Shown: piece by piece, positions 35,064-53,429 of the stretch
How the letters are laid out: each line of letters opens with the position of its first letter
Position numbering within the stretch: the stretch's first letter is position 1
Source of the DNA: Gracilinanus agilis
Lineage: Eukaryota
Direction of reading: 5' to 3'
DNA: 64,000 nucleotides
Assembly (NCBI RefSeq): GCF_016433145.1
Contig: NC_058133.1
Span: forward strand, 195,642,773 to 195,706,772
Position numbers and translations under genes: made by a program
The notes under the pieces: generated by a model
The model's database searches: none
Seen by the model: the letters and a program-made list of their open reading frames with translations, nothing else
Told to the model about the DNA's origin: nothing

Positions 35064-35264
35064 TTTTCTTTAAACCCTTACCTTTCGTCTTGGAGTCAAT
35101 ACTGTGTATTGGCTCCAAGGCAGAAGAGTGGTAAGGGCTAGGCAATGGGGGTCAAGTGACTTGCCCAGGGTCACACAGCTAGAAGTGTCTGAGGCCAGAT
35201 TTGAACCTAGGACCTCCCATCTCTAGGCCTGGCTCTCAATCCACTGAGACACCTAGCTGCCCCC
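35064..35264 (-). mobile_element. SINE1_MD-like SINE with TSD
   Basis: Flanked by the direct repeat catcactaatttt. Confidence 0.85.
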
Positions 35265-36854
35265 CATCACTAATTTTTAAGAAAGTATTTTATCAACAGT
35301 AAGATAGAATTCAGAGGCAGCTAGGTAGCACAGTGGATAGGAGTCTCAGGCATGAAGTTGAGAGAACCTGGGTTCAAATCTGACTCATCACACTGCTAGC
35401 TGTGATCTAGGCAAGTCACTTAACCCTTATTGCCTAGCCTTTGCCAATCTTCTGTCATAGAATTGATACTAATGCCAAAGGTAAGGATTTAAAACAGTTC
35501 TTTTTAGTTTAAAAGGTAGAATTCACTGGTAGCCAACAGTTCAAAGAGGCACCACTCAGATTTGTATTTCAATGCTTAAGCTAAAGCAGAGGCCTTTCTA
35601 GGGTGGAAATGGAGGTGCCTTTTAGGAGGTTTGCACTGTTTTGGTGGGGGAATGGGGATGGGGTCTCAAACCTGCAAAATAACACAGGTTGGGTACCCTC
35701 AATCTACCCCTTCGACAATAGACCATGAATTAAAAAAATCAAAATTTTTTGATAATTGTATTTCTACAGAATTGTTTTCATTTAATTCTCTACATTTTTT
35801 TATGCATTTATAAGCATTCTAAGAAGGGGTCCACAAACTTCACTGGACTGCCAAAGGGGGCCGTGACCCAAAAAAGGATGAGAACTGCCCTGGAGGTTAG
35901 CCTACTCAGATGTTTGGAGACTGGGGAGGCAGAGATGAGTAACAGTGCCAGCTGACACCCTGAGTACCTGCTGTGTCACCATGGCAGAAAATAGGTCTGA
36001 ATAAAGACAATCAACTCTTGGGAGACCACAAGATTTTAGTATGTCATTTCCAGACAGAGGGATTGACAGCTTTCCTGATATGAGAGGCCTGGGGCCATTC
36101 TAAGTCCGCTTCCACAATGACCGCGTGGCCAGGGATACAAGGTCCTTCACTGGGCACTGTGGGAAGCCGGCAGCTACTACTAGCTGGCAGGGCCGTGCTC
36201 ATCCACTGCTAAGGGAAACTGGGCATTGCTCCGGGCCTAGAATCATGTGCTGCTTTGTTTGCGCCTGCTCTCCTCTCCCATTCCCATTCTGCCTAGTCTA
36301 GGGGTCACTGTAATGATTTCTATTTGGGGATGCTCTCTTCTGCTCCTTGGATCAGGAGCTTCTACAAGGGTAGAAGGTGCCTCTAGACTCCCCAAAGGCA
36401 GAGAACTAAGTTTCCTTCTTACCCTCAGCACTCCGTATTCCTCCTTAGCTTCACCCTCCATCCTCCACTCGCTTCTTCCTTTCTCATCCCCTCTTTCATC
36501 TAGCAATGGTAGAAGGAGCAAATGACTCTTGAATACCCACGATGCCTCCCTTCCTCCACCTAGAAGCGAGGCGACTGGGCACAGCAAAGCGTGTGCCATT
36601 AGGAGGCCCTGGGTTTGAGTGACACACTGATGACTAGCAGTGATGGGCCTTACGTGATCACTAATCTCGCCAGGCCCAATTCCTCTCTTGTGAATGGGAG
36701 ACAATACTAGCGGTAGGTATATTCTCCCAGGGATGTTGTGAGTGACGTGATTCATAATTATCTAAGAGATATTATTAGTTTCAAGTCAGGAAGACAGGCG
36801 GCAGCAGTCAGGCCCCTGGTTTCCCAGCCTTGTTTTTGAACCAAGGAACTAGGC

Positions 36855-37059
36855 CAAGGATGGGCAAACTACAGCCCTCGGGCCAGATGCTGCCCCCTGA
36901 AATATTCTTTCTGGCCAAAGAGACATTATTCCTAATCTGACAAATACAATGAGTAGGATACAATACAATGAAACTTCCAAAGAGTTGCCTTAGAAACAGA
37001 CTGACAGATGAGCATTTCCTTTCCTTTGGCCCCCTCTTTAAAAAGTTTGCCCATCACTG
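36855..37059. mobile_element. hAT-type MITE
   Basis: TIRs caaggatgggcaaact / agtttgcccatcactg; TSD aactaggc / agctaggc. Confidence 0.75.
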
Positions 37060-37149
37060 AGCTAGGCAGTTGGGTCAAGGAGCTCCTCTCCTTCTCTGCT
37101 TTATCTTCATCTCCAACTCCAAATTCTTGACTATCCCATATAGATAACA

Positions 37150-37392
37150 GAGGCAGCTAGGTGGCTTAGTAGTTAGAGTGCTGGACCTAGAGTCAGGAAG
37201 ACCTGAGTTCAAATCCAGTTAGACAGTTCCTAGCTGAGGGACCCTGGACAAGTCACATAACCCGATTGCCTGATGAAAGGATCCACTGGAGAAGGAAATA
37301 GCAAACCTCTCCAGTATCTGCCCCAAAAATTCCATGGATAGGTCCATAGGGGTCACAAAAGTAGTAAACAACTGAACAATAAGACAACAAAC
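37150..37392 (+). mobile_element. MAR1-like SINE (CORE head, RTE/BovB-like tail)
   Basis: Tail ggagaaggaaatagcaaacctctccagtatc..gggtcacaaaag..actgaacaataagacaacaaa. Related copies at ~49170-49410 (+), ~42400-42630 (-) and ~51690-51900 (-). Confidence 0.7.
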
Positions 37393-37449
37393 ACATCAAA
37401 GGCTCTTTTGGGTCAAAGAATATTTATAGAGAGGGTGAGATATGCCCAG

Positions 37450-40400
37450 TTAAGTGTCTGTTACAGGGTCAAGGGAAGCTGGCTCTCCACTGCTGGGCAC
37501 TGTGCTGTCACCATCTTTTTGTTGCTGTCTGATATACTGATCCAACATGGCAGTCAGCTGAAGGGGCTGATGTTGTAGAAGGGAGTGGGTCTGAGATGTC
37601 AGGAGGGTCAGGCCCCCTACCAACTCCTCTTGAATCAAAGCTTGGGAGGGCAGTTTGGAATAGTTCAGGAAACCTTGAGAGCTGAGGATGGTGTCATCAA
37701 TGCAGCCACCTGGAAGAAAATGGGGAATATCATTCAATAAGTATTTTTTTTTTTAAACCCTTACCTCTCTATGTCCCTTGTGTGTAGCTAGTTATCTACA
37801 TACTGTCTTCCCTGTTAGAATGTATGATTCTTAAGGACAAGGATTGTTTTTTGTTTTTTTTCTCTCCTAATTTCCAGAGTATAGCTCAGTGCTTGGCACA
37901 TATAACTTCAAAAATGCCTCCCATTAAAGCAATAAATGTTGGAGGGGATTTGGCAAAATTGGGACACTAACACACCACTGCTGGGCTTGTAAGAGATAAT
38001 AAGGAAAAAGGCTTATACAAAAATATTTATAGCCTCACTCTTTGTGGTGGCAAAAAACTGGAAAATGAAGGGATGCTCATCAATTGGGGAATGGCTGAAC
38101 AAATGGTGATAACTGATGGTGATGGCATATTATTGTGCTGAAAGGAATAATGAACTGGAGGGATTCCATGTGAACTGGAATGACCTCCAGGAATTGATGC
38201 AGAGTGAAAGGAGCACAACCAGGAGAACATTGTACCCAGAGACTGATACACTATGGTACAGTTTAATGTAATGGACTTCTCTACTAGCAACAATGCAATG
38301 ATCCAGGACAATCCAGAGGAACTTATGAGAAAGAATGCTATCCATCCACATCCAGAGAAAGAACTGTGGAACCAGAAATGCATTAGAAAATATATGATTG
38401 ACTACGTAGTGCAATAGAGATGTGATTAGGGTTTTGATGTTAAAGAATCACTCTACTGCAAATGTGAATAACATGGAAATAGGTTTTGAACAATAATACA
38501 TGTATAACCCAGTGAAACTGCTTGTCATCTTTGGGAGAGGGGAGAAAAGAGTTGGGAGGGGGGTGGATCATGAATCATGTAATCATGAAAAAATATTCTA
38601 AGTAAAAATAAATAAAATTTAAAAAAAAATTAAAATGCCTCCCCTTTCTGGGCCAAACAACAGACATTTTTGAAATACATATGTGCCAAATGCTGGGCTA
38701 TACTCTGGAAAGGAAGAAAAGGGAAGCCAAAAGATGGAAGTGAGAAGGCAGAGCATTGTGGGCCTGGGGGATAGTCAATGCAAAAGCATGGAGATGGGAA
38801 ATGAAGTAGGCCGGCCCAGGGAGCTGTGAGTACATGGAGGTGAAGTAAGTTGTAAGAAGGCTGGAGAGCCAGAAAGGGTCAGATGATGAAAGGGTTTAGA
38901 TGTCAAACAAAGGACTTTACTGTGGGAATCTCAAAAGTTTTAGTGAATTTTTAAGTTTCCAAAGCTGAGGGGAAGATCAAAAGGAGTCACTGATTGGAGT
39001 GGGGAGAGATTTGATTTGGGAAGACCATGTAGAAGGCTATTGCAGGAGGCCAGGGGAGAGAGGAGGGCCTGAATTAGGGTGGTGGACTGTGGGAATGGGG
39101 AGAAGGGGATGTATACAAGAGATACTGTGCATATAGAAACACCAAGACATGGCAGAGGATGGGATATGAAGGTGAAGGTGAATGAGTGAGGATTGAGGAT
39201 GACACCTGAGGTTCTAAGCTTGGCAGGTCACAGGCCTCTTTACTGACCACCATCATTGAACTTCTTCTGGATTTGTCTACTGAACAAACACTTTTCACCC
39301 CTACCAAATAAAAGGAACTAATATTTATAGCTAGCATTTACATAGTGCAAAGCAATTTACAGATATTATCTCATTTGATCCTTACAACAAGCCTTCAAAG
39401 CAGATCCTATAATAATAGGACCCCATTTTATCCCTATTTTACAGATAAGGAAACCCAGGCAAGCAGAAGCCCAGTAATTCGCCGAAGGTCACACTGTTAG
39501 TGTCTGATGCCAAATTTAAACTCTGTTCTTCCTGACTCCTGGCTGGCTCTCTGTCCTCTCAGCCACCTGGCTGCCTCTATTTATATAGTGCTTCGGAAAA
39601 AAAAAAACCAAAAAACCAAAAAACACCATTACCTTCTGTCTTAGAATCAATATAAATATCAGAAACAGGAGGTCCTGGGTTCATATCAACTGAGGTTAAG
39701 TGACTGGTCTAGGGTCACACAGCTGGAAAATATCTGAAGCCAGACTTGAACCTATCTCCAGGCCTGATGCTCTATCCACTGAGTCACCTAGCCACCTCAT
39801 ATATTATGCTTTTAGGTTTGCAAAACACTGGACAAACATTCTTACTTCCTCTCAACAAGATTCTCCAGTTCTAGCAATATATTCCCCAAAGCCTCTTCTG
39901 CCTCCCAGCCTTTGATTGGGCAGTTTTAATGCCTTTAGAAGACAGTCTCTCTTCCATCCTCCACCCTCTCTAGCTAGTTCAGGAAGTCATGCATTATTAA
40001 TTCCATCTGGGCCTGATCAACCTATCACCTTAGTACTGAGATTAATGATTTGTCCTCCATTAACTGACATTTGTGCATTTATACATATAAAAGTATAAGT
40101 ACATATTTCAAATTTTCACTTATATCTGTCCCAAATCTCCATTATATACTTGACAGCAGGGTCCTGGGGACTATTATATACTCAATTATACTCAATCGAG
40201 TTATACTGAGAGGGATATCAAATCCAGAGTATTGAAGAAGACTGAGGTGGTCTGTATAATCTGACTAGGACATTCCCTACAGTTCTCTCTTGGACTTGAT
40301 GGACTTCCCTAGGTGTCCAATGCCTCACTTGCATGAGCTTGGCCAATATATCACGTGATGATGATGCCAACTCCATCCCCCTCCTCTGCCAGTCAAAGTT

Positions 40401-41099
40401 CTCACCAAGTAGTGGTAGGACTGGTACGCTCTTCAAGACTCGAAGCATCTCCTTGGCCTTGGGTTCTGAGCTCACCAGCAACATGTTATGCCCGACAAAG
40501 AGGGGTAGCAGGTTTTGATATTTGGATTCTGCCAGGTATGGCCTCAGGATCTAGGGTAGGGAGAGTATAATTGGCAGACAGGAACAGCACATCAAAAATA
40601 CTTACTGATTATTAATAGATGGCATACTCCTATTAATAAATTATATTATACTGGGGGGGGGGGGAGGAAATGTCAGTATGAGGATAAGAACTGGAAAGGG
40701 AACATGGAGCCACTATAGTCATCCCAAGCTTCTTTCAAGATTCCCAAGACAAGTGTTTGGGGAATGAGTAAAAGGAAATGGTCAATGGTGCTCTAAGAAA
40801 TTAGGAGAAGAAGTGATCCCAGATCCTTCCTTACTGAATTGGGGTAGACTTTCACAAAGATGTTGTGTTTTCGAAGCTGATGCTTGACAAGGAGCTTGTC
40901 CTCAGCACTCAGGGCCACATTCTGACAAACAGCAATCATTCGGTTTTTCCTGAAAACTTCTGTCACCTCTCTCAGAAGCAGTCGATTCAAGCCCGATTCC
41001 TAAAGATTCAGGAGAGAGGCAATATAAACCACAGGCATTGAGCTTTTGCTTGTCTCTTCCCCTTAATTAACACATACACACACAAACACACACACATAC

Positions 41100-41157
<58 letters not shown>

Positions 41158-43727
41158 CTCAGATGGGGCATGGCTGTTTCATTCAGCCCTATTTGGAGGC
41201 ACAAACAAAATGACTTCTGTAAGCCTTTTTTCTAATCTACAAGCTCTCAGAATCAATGAAACACTGAGTACATTTTTCAGTTTAAAGTATTAGGAGCTCT
41301 CCCAGAATAAACTGAGGCAATGATCTAAATGAATGGAGTTCTGACCAAGGAAGCAAAGTTAACTTGATCTCAGGCACTCCTCTAGTAACCTGTTCTTTTC
41401 CTTACCTGTGGGGGTGCCTCGGAAGGGGAAGGCAAGCAACTTGGGGGAATGGCAGGTTTGGGGGGGATATACTGGGTCAGTGCCATTAGTTTCTGCCGCT
41501 CAAAGTGCATAACTCGAAAATGTCGGGTGACAGCCTTGGAGCCATGGCGGACACTCTGTATGGTGGGTAGCTGGCCTGACAAGATAAAAGATAAAATAGG
41601 TAAGAAAGGGCCTAGCATGAATAAAAGACATGGAGTTAAAACACAGCCTCCTTCCCTCCCTTCCAGTAGAGAAAATTATAATTCTTAGCTTCAACACTCT
41701 GAAAATGATCAAAGCCTACCTCTTATTACTTGTTATGTGACCTTGAAGCAGTCACTTATTAACTATCTGACATTTCCTTTTGACAAGGATGGGGAATAAA
41801 GTATTTTAGACTCTTCTGGAAAAAATATCACAATGTCATAGTCATTATAAGAGGAAGCATGGAACAGTACAAAGAAAACTAGGATTGAAGTCAGGAATGG
41901 GCAATTTCTGGGGAAAATAAATTGAACAGAACTAGGAGAACAATTTATACAATGATACATTATAGAAAAACAACTCTGAAAGACTTTAGGATACTAATCA
42001 ATGAAATGAGAAATCATGTGTTCAAAAGAATGAAGATGAAGCATGTCATTCATCTCCTGGCAGAAAAATGATCAATTTAAAATGCAAAAAGATTTTGGGG
42101 ACGGGGAGCTAGATTATCAGCTATACATTGAAGACTATCCTTTTTTGTTGTTGTTGGAATGGGGAAGAGAATAATAGGGCCAATTAATTTTTTAAATGTT
42201 TGTTAACTGAAAGGATAAAATTTTTAATAAAAAATTTTAGAATGGATGCCTATTCCAAGTTGTGAGGATCAAATAAGATAATATATATGGAGTGTTTATA
42301 ACTGTAAGGTCTTGGAAGTTATATAAATAACATCTATTATTTCTTTAGTTACAAAATGAGAAGACAGAATTAGATCACAGAACCATAATTGCAAGTGTTT
42401 GTTCAGTTGTTTCCAATTCCTTATGATTCCATTTGGGGTTTTCTTGGCAAAGATATGTTAGTAGTATGCCATTTCCTTCCCTAGTTCATTTTGCAGATGA
42501 GGAAACTGAGGCAAATAAGGTTGAGCGACTTGCCTAGGGTCACACAGCTAGTAAGTGGTTGGATTTGAACTCAGATCCTCCTGACTCCAGGGCTGGTATT
42601 CTATCCACTGTACTATCTAGTTGCCCCTTAAATTTTAAGTAAGATCGGTTAAGAAACAACCTAAGAAGAAACTGAATTCCAGAGAGGGAAATAACTTGCC
42701 TAAGGTCATGGTAAGTAGAAGTGCTATGATATGAAATCCCATGCTTTATCCGTTACTCATTTTTAGGTTCCCTTAAGAGCTCTAAAATATTATTAAAGAC
42801 AAGTTCAGTCCCATTTAAATCTATAAACAGCTGCAGAGGCAGTAACTTTCCCAAAAGATTCAGAGTAAAGGTACTAAAACCCCTCCTATTATGGACACAG
42901 CAAAACCCACACACTTAAACATTCATTCAACAAGCACTTATTATGAGCCAACCATGTGCCAGGAACTGGGCTAGGTAATGAGAATATAAAAGAAAGAACA
43001 ATAGTTCTGGCCTTCAAAAAGCTTACATTCTGTTAGAAAAAACAACAGGGATCAAGAGATAGAAAATATATGCAAATACATGCAATGCACTACATGGTGG
43101 TGTAGTGCGACCCTAAACAATGGGGCCGGGGTGTGAGGGTGGAGTTGAATCAGGAAAGGTCTTGCTTAAGACGTGGGGTGTGAGTTACTTCTTGAAATTG
43201 GTTGGAGATTCTAAGAGGCTGCATTGAGGAGAGAAAGATTTCCAGCCAGTGGGAGCAGTCTGTAAAGGTGTGGAGGTGGGAGATAGAATTCACGTCCAAA
43301 GGTGCCAATCTGCCAAATGTGTCTGGAAAGGGAGGCTGGGGCCAGAATTGTGAAGGGTTTTTAATTTCATACAGGGATGTTTATGTTTGGTCCTAGGGTC
43401 AATTTGGGTCCACGAGAACTGCGGTTCCAACCTCCAACGCGCCCCATTATGGACGCACATTACTGGTCACTTGGCTTAGGAGCTGGATGACATTGACCGC
43501 TGGGGTCAGGGGTCACCGAGGCCGGCAGAAGGAGTAGAGAGCTGGCTAGGTGTAGAGATCGCCGAGTAGGGGGAGGGATCAGAGGTCGGCAAGGGCGCCA
43601 GGGCTCCGGGGTCCTTGTCTAGAGGGCTCTGGGCGTCTCCCCGACTGCTCCATGAGGACACTGCCCGCTCCTTACCCGATCGGGGCCGGAGCCGCCAACG
43701 AAGAAGCCCAAACACGGAGACCGCCAT
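37450..43727 (-). CDS. MRPL10: Mitochondrial ribosomal protein L10 (uL10m)
   Basis: Exons 43676-43727, 41406-41575, 40835-40999, 40406-40550, 37450-37709, all GT-AG and in frame (792 nt, 263 aa). Motifs [48 protein letters not shown]. Confidence 0.96.
38010..38630 (+). mobile_element. L1 3' end fragment in MRPL10 intron
   Basis: Contains tttgtggtggcaaaaaactggaaaatgaagggatg..gacctccaggaattgatgcagagtgaaagg; A-rich tail. Confidence 0.75.
41071..41154. repeat. (CA)n/(TC)n compound microsatellite in MRPL10 intron
   Basis: Direct reading. Confidence 0.95.
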
Positions 43728-43925
43728 CTTCGCCGGAGGTCCGTACGGGTCCCGGCTGGAGATGGAAGAAACAGAGGATTATGGGGGTTTCAGGCTTAGA
43801 AGCGGAAATCGTAGCACGGCTCGAGGGAGGAGCCCGCACCAACCTTCCGGTCTCCTTTCTTCTCCCTCCCCCTTCCGCCCCGCCTCCTAGAGATCACGTG
43901 AGCGCAGGCGCAGATCAAAGCGTCT
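43721..43925. promoter_or_regulatory. Bidirectional CpG promoter of MRPL10/LRRC46
   Basis: ATGs are head-to-head, ~200 nt apart. YY1-type ccgccatctt at 43721-43730 overlaps the MRPL10 ATG. ETS-type cttccgg at 43844-43850, E-box tcacgtga at 43894-43901, NRF1-like gcgcaggcgca at 43902-43912, and GC boxes. Confidence 0.8.
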
Positions 43926-46900
43926 ATGTCTCCTAGCAACGAGGTCCGGGGGTGCCCAGAACAGACCTTTCTTTGTGCCTGCAGGGTGCTGCAGCCCCAA
44001 CCCGCATTGCAGCGCCTCCCCCTGGCGGGCTCACAGATCGCTGCTCCCTGAGCTCTTCTTTAGATCTTTTACCCTCCATGCCCATTGCTTCACAACTCCT
44101 GGCACCCTTTCTCCTCCTCATTGCACCAAGGGTCACCCAACTCCTCCCTTGATACCTTTCTCCCAGATTTCAGAATTTCCCCTTCCCTCTCCTTCCCTCA
44201 CTCCTGACTCCAGTATCCCCAAGTGTTTCAAAGCTGCCCTCTCTGTCTTCTGTCCTCCTACCACTGAACTTTAGTCCCACCCACCCAAAGGAAGCCATGC
44301 ATGGAGGTAACTAGCTAGGTGTGCTGTAGGTTTTCCCTGCTTAACCAGACCTTTGAGGGTCATTGTCTCATTCATTTCCAGGAAGAGTATGACTGGGTTC
44401 TCTTTTCTTTTTTAGTTGTTCCTGCTCAGAGCCCTGTGGGAAGAGGAGGTATCTGCATTTCTGATGCCCTCATTGCCAAGAGAAACTTGGCCTTCACAAA
44501 TGAGACAGATCCTCCAGAGGTAATGTGAGTATCTAGTGGGTTGGAAGGTGTTTTAAACTCCTAAACTCTATTCTTTAACAGGTCCCTTCACCCACCATTC
44601 TCTTTCCACCAACACCCCCCCCCCCCACACACACACACACACATACACTCAAAACAAAACAAAAATTTGCTGAGGTTAGGGAAAGTCTTCTTTGGGCCAT
44701 TTAAAAAAGTTTAAAAAAAAAAGTGGGTATGGCAGGTTGCCTACTAAAATTATCTCCTGGTGTCTCAGGTAATCTGAGGATCTCATTTGTTTCTTTTTTT
44801 TAAACCTTTACCTTCTGTCTTAGAATCAAGACTGAGTATCAGTTCCAAGATAGAAGAGGGGTAAGGGTGGCAATTGAGATTAATTGACTTGCCCAGGGTC
44901 ACACAGCTAGGAAGTGTGTGAGGTCAGATTTAAATCCAGAACCTCCAATTCCCAGGCCTTGTTCTCTATCCACTGAGGAGCCACCTAGCTGCCTTTCATT
45001 TGTTTTTTGTTTTTTTTCTAAGAAAAAATTTAAAAAAAGAAAGAAATGAAAAACCCTTCAGAAACAATCTTCCTTTATTATCCTTTTCATCAAACTCACT
45101 GGAATTTCCCATTGCAATTTCTGCTGCTCCGGAGAACCTGTGTCCAGACAGTGCCAGATCTGACAATCCTTACTACATATATAAGGACATTCTAGTTGAA
45201 AGCTAATTGAAGTCTTTCAGCACTGTTGCCCTCCAGGGAATTGCTATTTCTGGCTTTGAAACACTGAAGACATGGGACTATCACTATAATATTTGCTTTC
45301 TTCCTAGGGCTCAGGCTCTTGCTACACTGCAGACTGTCCGCCTAGACCGAGAAGGTATAGGCTATATTGGGAATCTGGAGGGTCTCCAAGCCCTTCATAG
45401 TCTCTACCTTCAAGAGGTGAGTTTTCCCAACCACCCTAAGGGACTGTGGCCCCCTCAGTTTAGATGGGCCTAAAAAGGCCCCATTTGTATAGCAGCCTGA
45501 TTGTTCTATTGTTTCTTTTTTACTTCTCCTCACCTCCATGTTTCTTATTACAGAATGAGATTGAGCGAATTGAGAATTTGGACTGCCTCCCATCCCTGCG
45601 GTAGGTAATATAGTCTAGTCCTCTGGGTTGTGGGTGCTTTGGAATACCCACAAGAAAGTTATGGGCCCATTTTCAGAACAGGTGGCCTAGCTTTCTCTTC
45701 TTTTCCAATATCAATGCCCCCTGATTCCACTGTTTCCCAAATCATCTTATCCCTTTTCCTTTACTATTCTGATTAGCAATTTGTGTCTTTATTTCCCCTT
45801 TTCTCCAGCTATCTAACCCTAGCAGGAAACAAGATCCAACAGGTAGAAAACCTTCATGGTCTCCCACAACTGCAGCTCCTGGACTTGTCCCACAACCAAA
45901 TTGCAACATTGCAAGTAGGTAAGAGACCCCTTGTCCTGGCCCAGGGCACTGAGCCCCCATCCCTTTTCAATGCTTTCTCAATTCCTCAGAGGTTTCAGAA
46001 GAGCAGGGTTAGGTTAAGAGGAATGTCATAGGCGATTGCAAAAAAACTCTGCACTTGGCAAAGATGGGAGTGAGAAAGGAGATGTCTTACTTGGCTTCAT
46101 TTTCTCCCTTCTTCCTGTATAGCTGAACTTCCTCAGAATCTCCTAGTCCTTAGTCTTTCTGGGAATGGTTGTACCAAGCAGAATGGCTATAGGTAAGTAA
46201 ATGGGAGGGAGCCAGACCTATAGACTAAAAGAACCAAGCAAAATTCCATCTTTTCTGGCTTAGACTACTTCTGATTTGGGAAGTGGACAGGGAAAGTTCA
46301 GGGAAAACTAGCACCTCTACTATGAGGGCTCAGTGAGCTTTTACAAGGCTGCTTTCCTCCCTTGGTGTCCACCTTTTATCATCCATTCTCACCTATGACT
46401 TCCAAAAGCTGTAGCATGTGTAGCAGCCACACTCCAGTAAACCATCTTGGCAAGCTGGCTAAATCAGACTGAAGGTAACCAATAGGAGTTAGTGGGACAT
46501 CTACCCAGGTATGTGAAGTCTTCCCTCAGCAGAATGGGTAGATGAGGATGATTTGTTCCAATGGCCAAGGAGGCTGAAACAGGCACTGCGAAGCACATAG
46601 AGCTTGATTAGACACACTGAAGAAGCCAGGATCATCCACTTCATCCTGAGCCATTGAGTGTTGTCTTGTCTTTTGTCTTGCCACTGGACTTTAGTCTCTG
46701 GAAGAAAGAGTGAGGCTAAAGGCTTTATGCAACTTTGCCTCACTTAAGTCCAATTTGTTTGCAAGTCAAAAGACATCCTTAGCAATATCATGTTGCTCCT
46801 CTTCCAGTATGACAGATAATACCACCTCAGACTTTATTTTTGTATTTTTGTATGCTTTATTTCTGTAGCCCACAGCCAGGTCCCATATGATGATGGCTAG

Positions 46901-48485
46901 ATGAACTACAATATCTGGGGAACTCATACCCTTTTACCAGCCAGATTGTTGTCTTGAGGGCCAGAGCAAGGGGCTGTTTTTTCCTCTATCTTTTGTGTCT
47001 CCTTGCTACCTTGGAGAAGGGCCCTTGCACACACAGGATATATCTCTCCCACACAATGCTACCTTTTCTTTCTGTTAGGAAAATGGTGATAGAGTTCTTG
47101 CCTCAGCTTCTGGATCTCGATGGTGAGACAGTGCCCGGATGGGAAGACCCAAAGGAGGAAGACAAAGTGACTGACATCCAGGATGAGTTCCCTGAGTTGA
47201 GTGGCCCCTTCTGTACGGAACGAGGTAACTGTTTCCTCCCAAACACACATGTCTCCTAAACCATATATACCGCCAGGCAGATAATGGTGTGAGAAGGGAA
47301 TAGGAAAGTCAAGATGTCACTTAACAAAACATCCACAGGCAAGAGAGAGAAGGGACAGGGCAGTTTTTAGCAGGCTCAAGAATGAAAAACTATGACTGTA
47401 AAAAGTCTTTAGTCATAAAAGTATTTAGTGACATACTCTTGTACCAAACTTTCATGTGCCTAGCCTTGTATCTTCATCAATTTCATGGGGAGGGAAATTT
47501 ATATAGGAAGCTTAAATGTCTTCCCAGATGCTCATCACATAGAAACACCCCTCCCCCAGTAATCCACAACTTCCCCAGTAATCCAGAGCAGTTAACTAGG
47601 GCACATGGCAGTTGCTAGGCTTCATTCTGCCCAAGCTTGCCAAATTCAGAGGACACTGTCAGCACTTATATTCCTTCAAACAACAAAACTTGGCAAATAA
47701 GTTTCAAGTATAATTAATTTTTAAAGGATGTAGATCCAACAAATGCTTTGTATTTGAATCCTGAAGTCTCCAACTCACAGGAGAGTATCACAGTATTTAC
47801 TAGTGCTTCTTGCTTAAGACTGTCATGTGTGCTTGTGAGAACCATGTGCCAAGTCTTTTTTTTTTTTTCCTGTAGAGGAAATAAATACCTATCCCTACCT
47901 TAAAAATAAAATCAAATAATGGGATAGGATGCAGACTCCAGGCAAGTTCCTCTTTGGCCCTGCTCTTCAGCCCATGGTAGGTCCTCTAGCTGCATCTCAG
48001 GCTTTTGACCTAGAGATTGATTTGTGCAGCTTAATCCAAATGAACAACAGCTAGGTAGAGTTCTGGATCCAGCCTCCTCTTTCTGAATTCAAGGTCATGG
48101 GTCTGTGCTTCTTTCTCCCACAGGCTTTCTCGAGGAACTGGAACAGGAGCTAGCCAGTCATAGGGATAGGAGAATAAGGGAGGCCCTGATGGAACATCAG
48201 ATCAGAATGTCATGCAAACCTGTGCTCACTGACCTCTCATCGCTACCAGGGGCCCCTCTGTCCAAGAACCACAGCCCACCCCCAGTGCCTGGGAAAGACA
48301 CAGTTGGGACTAGCCCCACTGTCAGTTCCCCTGGGCAACCTTCTGCTGTCAGGAAACCCTGTGGCCTAAACAGCCAGGGGCAGAGCAACAGAGTCCAGAT
48401 GGAAAGAAAGGGAAAGCAGACCACCAGCCCCCAAGCCAAGACTCAACATGCTACCCGAACAACAACGATAAGAGCCAAGAAATGA
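43926..48485 (+). CDS. LRRC46: Leucine-rich repeat-containing protein 46
   Basis: Exons: probable 43926-43943, then 44430 (or 44416)-44524, 45308-45416, 45554-45600, 45809-45918, 46123-46192, 47079-47224, 48124-48485. LRR motifs LQTVRLDREGI..IGNLEGLQALHSLYLQ, LAGNKIQQVENL, DEFPELSGPFCTERGFL. First exon uncertain. PolyA AATAAA at 48592 and 48609. Confidence 0.92.
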
Positions 48486-48851
48486 ATGACCCCAGCCTCT
48501 TTAGAGCCCACCTTTTCTCTGCCAGCAAAGCTATGGGAGAGATAAAAGGGTAGGAAAGAAGAGTAGCCAGGTCTTTAAATTCCCATTTCCTAATAAAAGC
48601 TCATTCCTAATAAACAGCTTCTAGCATCCAGTTGCTCTTTTCACATTACTGGTAAATTAGATTGGGAACTCCAGTGACCTGCATGGCCACTCTTCCCATA
48701 TCAGAAGAAGGTTTAAAATTCAGGGATAAAGGAACAGAAAACAAGTTTATTGAATCAGCACTATTAGACCAGGGCAAAGTTCGGAATGAGGGAATAAAAT
48801 GCAACAACTCTCCTGCAGCCTGAACAAGGACATCTGGGCCCTAGTGAGAGG

Positions 48852-53250
<4,399 letters not shown>

Positions 53251-53429
53251 ATACCTAAGGAGGAGGGATGAGCCTTTACCAAGCACACTTCCATGCCTTC
53301 TCCCAGAGGATGCTGAGGCTGGAAGAAAGGCTTGGATTCAGAGGAGCAGCCGGGGAATTCAAGTTTCTGGCTATGCAGGGTGTTCCAAAAGTCTTAGTTT
53401 AGTTTTTAGCTACTGAAAACTTATTATAT

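Noticed and set aside
36040-36780. Possible conserved enhancer or ancient SINE between OSBPL7 and MRPL10
   Set aside because: It is GC-richer with a MIR-like core, but conservation or function cannot be established without alignment.
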